DNA of 64,000 nucleotides from a bacterium (GTDB lineage Bacteria > SM23-31), in contig OZ252239.1 of NCBI GenBank assembly GCA_965249485.1, positions 2,912,001 through 2,976,000 on the forward strand. Reading direction: 5' to 3'. Positions within the stretch are counted from its first letter, which is position 1. Every line of letters begins with the position of its first letter. Of the stretch, positions 60,007 to 64,000 are shown piece after piece. Both the position numbers and the translations under genes were made by a program. The notes beneath the pieces were generated by a model. The model ran no database searches. It was not told the origin of the DNA and saw only the letters and a list, made by a program, of their open reading frames with translations.

Positions 60007-60789
60007 TTATCCCATTGCCTGTATAATTCGTATAACAGATGTTTCAAACTGGTCAACAAGTTTACCAAAAACATACACGAACATTGGTAATGTTACTCCC
60101 ATCATAGCCAGTCCAGCACCTATTTTCAAAGGAAAACCGACAATAAATATATTCATTTGAGGAACCGTTCTTGCTATAATTCCCATAACAAAACTTGTTA
60201 AAAACAGTGCAACAAGTACCGGACCACCAATTTGTAGTGCAATTTTAAATACCTCTGTGCTCATATAAATGATATTCTTAGTACTGATCTTAGAAAATTG
60301 TGCCGTGCCGAGTGGTATCGCCACAAAACTGCTTCTCAATGCATTTAATAGAAAGTGGTGACCATTGATTAAAAGAAAAATGAGTAGTTAAATTATGTAT
60401 TGGAACTGTCCAACAATCGAGACCTGTTCACCTGTTTGGGGGTCAAGAATATTTACCATACCAAATCCCATATCGAGACCGACCAGCTCGCCTGACATCT
60501 GAACTCCGACAAAAAGAAAGTTGGTGGCTAGACCTATAATAAGCCCGACTACAACTTCTTTGAGAATCATCAACACAAACGGGAGAAGATCAATCGGGAT
60601 TGAAAATTGCCCTGCCTCGATCATCGGAAACAATACCCAGCTCACAAAAAATGCAAGACCTACTTTAATGGGAATTGGAATGGAAGAATAACCGAATACC
60701 GGAACCGAAGCGATTATTGTTCCTACTCTGACAAACCCAATAAAGAATACAATAAACTGATGAAATGTGATATTTGAAATATCCATCAT
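60007..60789 (-). CDS. fliR: Flagellar export protein FliR, with an in-frame TAA at 60388-60390
   Basis: GELVGLDMGFGM…DP; same-frame continuation LLIFLLINGHHFLL…ARTVPQMNIFIVGFPLKI. Confidence 0.92.
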
Positions 60790-61058
60790 TAATGTGCTAT
60801 TTGTGATATTGAACCAAAAATTTCGGTAGTAAATGTCTGCATTATCTGGATGATCCAGGGTGCAAACACAACAACTGAGACAATAACAACTATAATTTTC
60901 GGAATAAACGTCAATGTCATTTCATTAATGGAGGTGACTGCCTGAAAGACACCAATCGCAAGTCCGACCACCAGTGCCAGACCAAGCATTGGCGACGAAA
61001 CAAGTAATACAGTAAATACTGCAGTTTGTGCAATTGTTATTACAAATTCTTCAGTCAT
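60789..61058 (-). CDS. fliQ: Flagellar export protein FliQ
   Basis: GLAIGVFQAVTSINEMTLTFIPKI, PW. Confidence 0.96.
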   Translation of the reverse strand: MTEEFVITIAQTAVFTVLLVSSPMLGLALVVGLAIGVFQAVTSINEMTLTFIPKIIVVIVSVVVFAPWIIQIMQTFTTEIFGSISQIAH

Positions 61059-61102
61059 GAAACATCTCCAACTACAAAATTAAAATCGAATATTTTTATC
61101 AT

Positions 61103-61867
61103 CTAACCAAAACTGGTGACAATCGAGTTCACTATCAAGAACCACCCGTCAACAAGTACAAAAAGCAATACTTTGAATGGTAGAGATATCATAATAGGCG
61201 GTAACATAAGCATACCCATTGACATAAGCACCGAAGCTACTATCATATCGATCATTAAAAAAGGAACATATAAAAGAAATCCTATCTGAAATGCAATTCT
61301 CAACTCCGAAACCACGAATGCGGGGACGAGCGCCTGAATCGGTATATCATCTGCTGTCATTGGTTTTTCTTCATCGGCAAATCGCATAAAAAGCATCAAA
61401 TCTTTATCTCTCGTTAAGTTCATCATAAAATGGCGAACCGGTTTAAGTGCTTCTGTATAGGCTTCGGTATCAGATATTGTTTCAGCAAGATACGGTTGTA
61501 GCGCATTATCGTTAACCTGCTTCCAGACAGGTGACATTACAAAAAACGTCAGAAATAAAGCAAGCCCGATCAAAATCTGGTTCGACGGCATCTGCTGAGT
61601 CCCAAGCGCCTGCCTGACAAAGTGAAATACGATAATAATTCTCGTAAATGATGTCATCAGGATCAGTATTGCCGGTGCCAACGTTAGTATGGTCAGTAAT
61701 GCAAGAATCTGTAGCGAAATTGCTACATCCCCTGCATTCTGCGCTTCATCAATTCCTAGTGAGACTCTCGGTAGAGGAATTCCCTGTATCTGAGCAAAAG
61801 CATCGGAATTACCAATTATAAATAACGTTATTACGAATATTATTATTGTAAAATATTTATTTTTAAT
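61103..61867 (-). CDS. fliP: Flagellar export protein FliP
   Basis: MTSFTRIIIV, ALGTQQMP, PAFVVSELRIAFQIGF, LPFKVLLFVLVDGW; the frame stays open upstream through a signal peptide to ATT at 61867, overlapping the fliO stop. Confidence 0.95.
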   Translation of the reverse strand: MKNKYFTIIIFVITLFIIGNSDAFAQIQGIPLPRVSLGIDEAQNAGDVAISLQILALLTILTLAPAILILMTSFTRIIIVFHFVRQALGTQQMPSNQILIGLALFLTFFVMSPVWKQVNDNALQPYLAETISDTEAYTEALKPVRHFMMNLTRDKDLMLFMRFADEEKPMTADDIPIQALVPAFVVSELRIAFQIGFLLYVPFLMIDMIVASVLMSMGMLMLPPIMISLPFKVLLFVLVDGWFLIVNSIVTSFG

Positions 61868-62427
61868 TATTTGGGTCTTTTTAAAAGCTTGCTGAATATA
61901 TCTCCAAATTGACTCCCGATTTCTGTTGGATCAGAGTTTTCCGAATCGGGCCGATTTCCATATTGTTCTAATTCTTCTTTCTTCAATTCAGCTATCAAAT
62001 TCATCGTTGTGTCTGTGACAGAGATAACAAGCATACGCCCAGCTACTTCAACGAGCATAAGAGACTTTTTAGGGCCCACATATGTTGAGCTGATTACCTG
62101 TATCGCTTTGCCGGGTCCTGAAATACTCTTTCTGTTATATACGAACCGTTTCAGAAGAAAAACTGTAGCAAATATCAATGCAACAATGAGCAAAAAGTAC
62201 CCAGCGGTTTTTGCAATGAGACCGGTCAGATTTAATTGATTGGCCCCTGAAAATTGAAATTCTGTCTGCTCCCCACCGGACTCTGTTTCGGCCGGAATTA
62301 CAGCATGTCCTGTCTCTTCTGTCACTAATTGCTGTTCAGATTGAGCATAGACAATGTGATATTCTATGAAGCACAATGCCACTATAAGCAGCATCGGACA
62401 AATTCTATGTATCATTATGTTTTTCAT
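61867..62427 (-). CDS. fliO: Flagellar biosynthetic protein FliO/FliZ
   Basis: Signal peptide, TM helix, IQVISSTYVGPKKSLMLVEVAGRMLVISVT; between fliY and fliP. Confidence 0.85.
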   Translation of the reverse strand: MKNIMIHRICPMLLIVALCFIEYHIVYAQSEQQLVTEETGHAVIPAETESGGEQTEFQFSGANQLNLTGLIAKTAGYFLLIVALIFATVFLLKRFVYNRKSISGPGKAIQVISSTYVGPKKSLMLVEVAGRMLVISVTDTTMNLIAELKKEELEQYGNRPDSENSDPTEIGSQFGDIFSKLLKRPK

Positions 62428-62453
62428 AATATCACAACATATTGTTCGGATTA

Positions 62454-63524
62454 TTAAGCGCGTGACTTAATTGATTTTAACATCTCATCTTTATGGATAA
62501 GACTTGTTATCCTGATACCGAAATGCTCATCGACCACAACAACTTCGCCCTCAGCTATTTTCTTATCTTCAATCAATAGATCAACAGGCTCACCCGCCAA
62601 TTTTTCAAATTCGATCACAGAACCGTGACCAAGATCAAGAATATCCTTAATAAGCATTTTTGTTCTGCCAAGTTCAATTGAGACCGGAAAAGTAAGATCC
62701 ATCAAAAAAGTGATTTTTTGATCTACAGGTTCAGCGTGTAGTGCAGCCACAGGTGGTGGCTGGACTTCAGGAACTTCAATTTCGTCGACATCTCCTGCAT
62801 CTTCGGCATCATCTTCCAACATACCTGTCAGGTCAAAATCAGCTACTCCAATTTCGTCTTCTTCCCCTTCTTCTGCTGTTTCTGCACCTTCTTCGGCTGC
62901 TTCTGCACCTTCTTCGGTTTTTTCACCAGCTTCAGTATCTGTTTCCGCTTCAGTTGCTTCTTCCGATGCTGTAGCTTCACCAAGCATGCTTTCAATGGAG
63001 CTGGAGGTCAGCACACCAACTACCATTTTTTCCTCGTCTTCTCCGACTTTGAGTGAAAACGTTAGCGTTGCAAGATCGGGTTTGTCGAATATTTCGGCAT
63101 TCAACTCAACTTCCTGCCCGGTTAAATCGGTGATTGAAAAGTCAGTTTCATCCGATGACTTCATTTTCGTAGAAATAGCCCCGAGAACCTGATTTGCCGT
63201 CTCCTTCATGGCATCGACATGCTCTTCTGCAAATTCTACATCTTCTTCTTCCATCATCATCATCAGGGAGCCGATTCTTGCCGCAGTCCCTTTATCGATA
63301 AACAGATGAAGTGCACTTTCCGGATCGTGCTCAAGTTTAAAATCGATACTGACGACAGATTCAGAGAAATGTGAACTCACAGATTCATAATCAAATTCAG
63401 CCACTTCTTTAAATTCAATTTCGACTTCTTTGTTTGTGATGGTTCCAAGGATCTCTTTGGCCTCGGAAATAACCATCTCGGCATGTGAATTGATATAATC
63501 CACTATTTCCGGCTTAACGGCCAT
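62454..63524 (-). CDS. fliY: Flagellar motor switch protein FliY/FliN (CheC-like N-domain + acidic linker + SPOA)
   Basis: C-terminal VSIELGRTKMLIKDILDLGHGSVIEFEKLAGEPVD…GEVVVVDEHFGIRIT; N-domain DAMKETANQVLG (E-x-x-N). Confidence 0.85.
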   Translation of the reverse strand: MAVKPEIVDYINSHAEMVISEAKEILGTITNKEVEIEFKEVAEFDYESVSSHFSESVVSIDFKLEHDPESALHLFIDKGTAARIGSLMMMMEEEDVEFAEEHVDAMKETANQVLGAISTKMKSSDETDFSITDLTGQEVELNAEIFDKPDLATLTFSLKVGEDEEKMVVGVLTSSSIESMLGEATASEEATEAETDTEAGEKTEEGAEAAEEGAETAEEGEEDEIGVADFDLTGMLEDDAEDAGDVDEIEVPEVQPPPVAALHAEPVDQKITFLMDLTFPVSIELGRTKMLIKDILDLGHGSVIEFEKLAGEPVDLLIEDKKIAEGEVVVVDEHFGIRITSLIHKDEMLKSIKSRA

Positions 63525-63589
63525 ATTGCACCCCTCTATTAAATAAATTCATTATTATTTTCTTCGTTTTTTTCATTATTTTATTCCAT

Positions 63590-64000
63590 TTATATGACTT
63601 CATGCTCTTCTATGTCTTCACCTGTTACACTTCGCACAATTTTTATGGCTTTTTTCTTGCCTTTGACACCAGGTCTACCGAGAAATTTTTTATTTCCCCC
63701 AATGGTAATTTCCAATAGTTCATCGATCTTTTTATTGAGGCGGATTACATCGCCGACTTTCAGATCGATTATATCCTGAACCGCTATTTCAGTCCGACCC
63801 ATAAATGCCACAATGGGTAGCGATGATAACCGAAGCCTATCATTGATTGTTGCAATCTGCTCATCAGACACTTCTTTCTTCGACATAGATATAAAGTGCT
63901 GAACATTCAACTTAGAAATAATATCTTCGAGAATGAGGTATGGAAAACAGATATTCATCAAGCTTGAAGTATCCTGAATTTTAATTTCGAGAGAAATCGT
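63590..64000 (-). CDS. fliM: Flagellar motor switch protein FliM (C-terminal part; 5' end outside the window)
   Basis: MMNICFPY…LKVGDVIRL…KFLGRPG…KKAIKI SPOA domain; upstream of fliY. Confidence 0.9.
   Translation of the reverse strand, partial: TISLEIKIQDTSSLMNICFPYLILEDIISKLNVQHFISMSKKEVSDEQIATINDRLRLSSLPIVAFMGRTEIAVQDIIDLKVGDVIRLNKKIDELLEITIGGNKKFLGRPGVKGKKKAIKIVRSVTGEDIEEHEVI

Noticed and set aside
13958..60390. In-frame stops (TAA 13958, TAA 26585, TGA 25513, TAA 60388) as stop-codon reassignment or selenocysteine
   Set aside because: TAA and TGA terminate many intact genes here, the contexts do not point to one amino acid, and frameshifts co-occur; sequence error is simpler.

Overview
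AT-rich bacterial chromosomal segment, almost entirely coded on the minus strand, most consistent with a flagellated diderm of the FCB supergroup (KSB1/Latescibacterota/Marinimicrobia/Calditrichota-like; inferred from 'QNYPNPFNP...KMxLxK' FlgD-Ig/T9SS-type C-terminal sorting domains, lapAB and P/L-ring genes). Order: pgk(partial)-pgi-gap; rocD; flagellar block 1 (csrA fliW flgL flgK flgN flgJ flgI flgH flgA flgG flgF); an ~18 kb accessory cell-surface locus (vWA-repeat protein; beta-barrel/vWA/CsgG-like protein; TPR lipoprotein; 1302-aa cohesin + cadherin-like T9SS-type protein; structured intergenic RNA candidate; one ~2800-aa S-layer/scaffoldin-like protein with cohesin-dockerin-cohesin-CTD, split into 8 ORFs); a housekeeping block (mutS, SPOR protein, lapB lapA miaB mtaB rpsA rluB scpB scpA trpS, HNH); orphan motility-associated genes; flagellar block 2 (fliA flhG flhF flhA flhB fliR fliQ fliP fliO fliY fliM-partial). 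The best candidate for an undescribed system is a non-cellulosomal cohesin-dockerin surface scaffold whose genes carry the same sigma54 promoters (TGGCAC-N5-TTGC) and the same upstream 14-bp candidate enhancer motif as the flagellar rod operon. Many single-base frameshifts and in-frame stops suggest an error-prone (long-read/low-coverage) sequence, so single-nucleotide oddities are discounted. No tRNA, rRNA, CRISPR or mobile element was seen.
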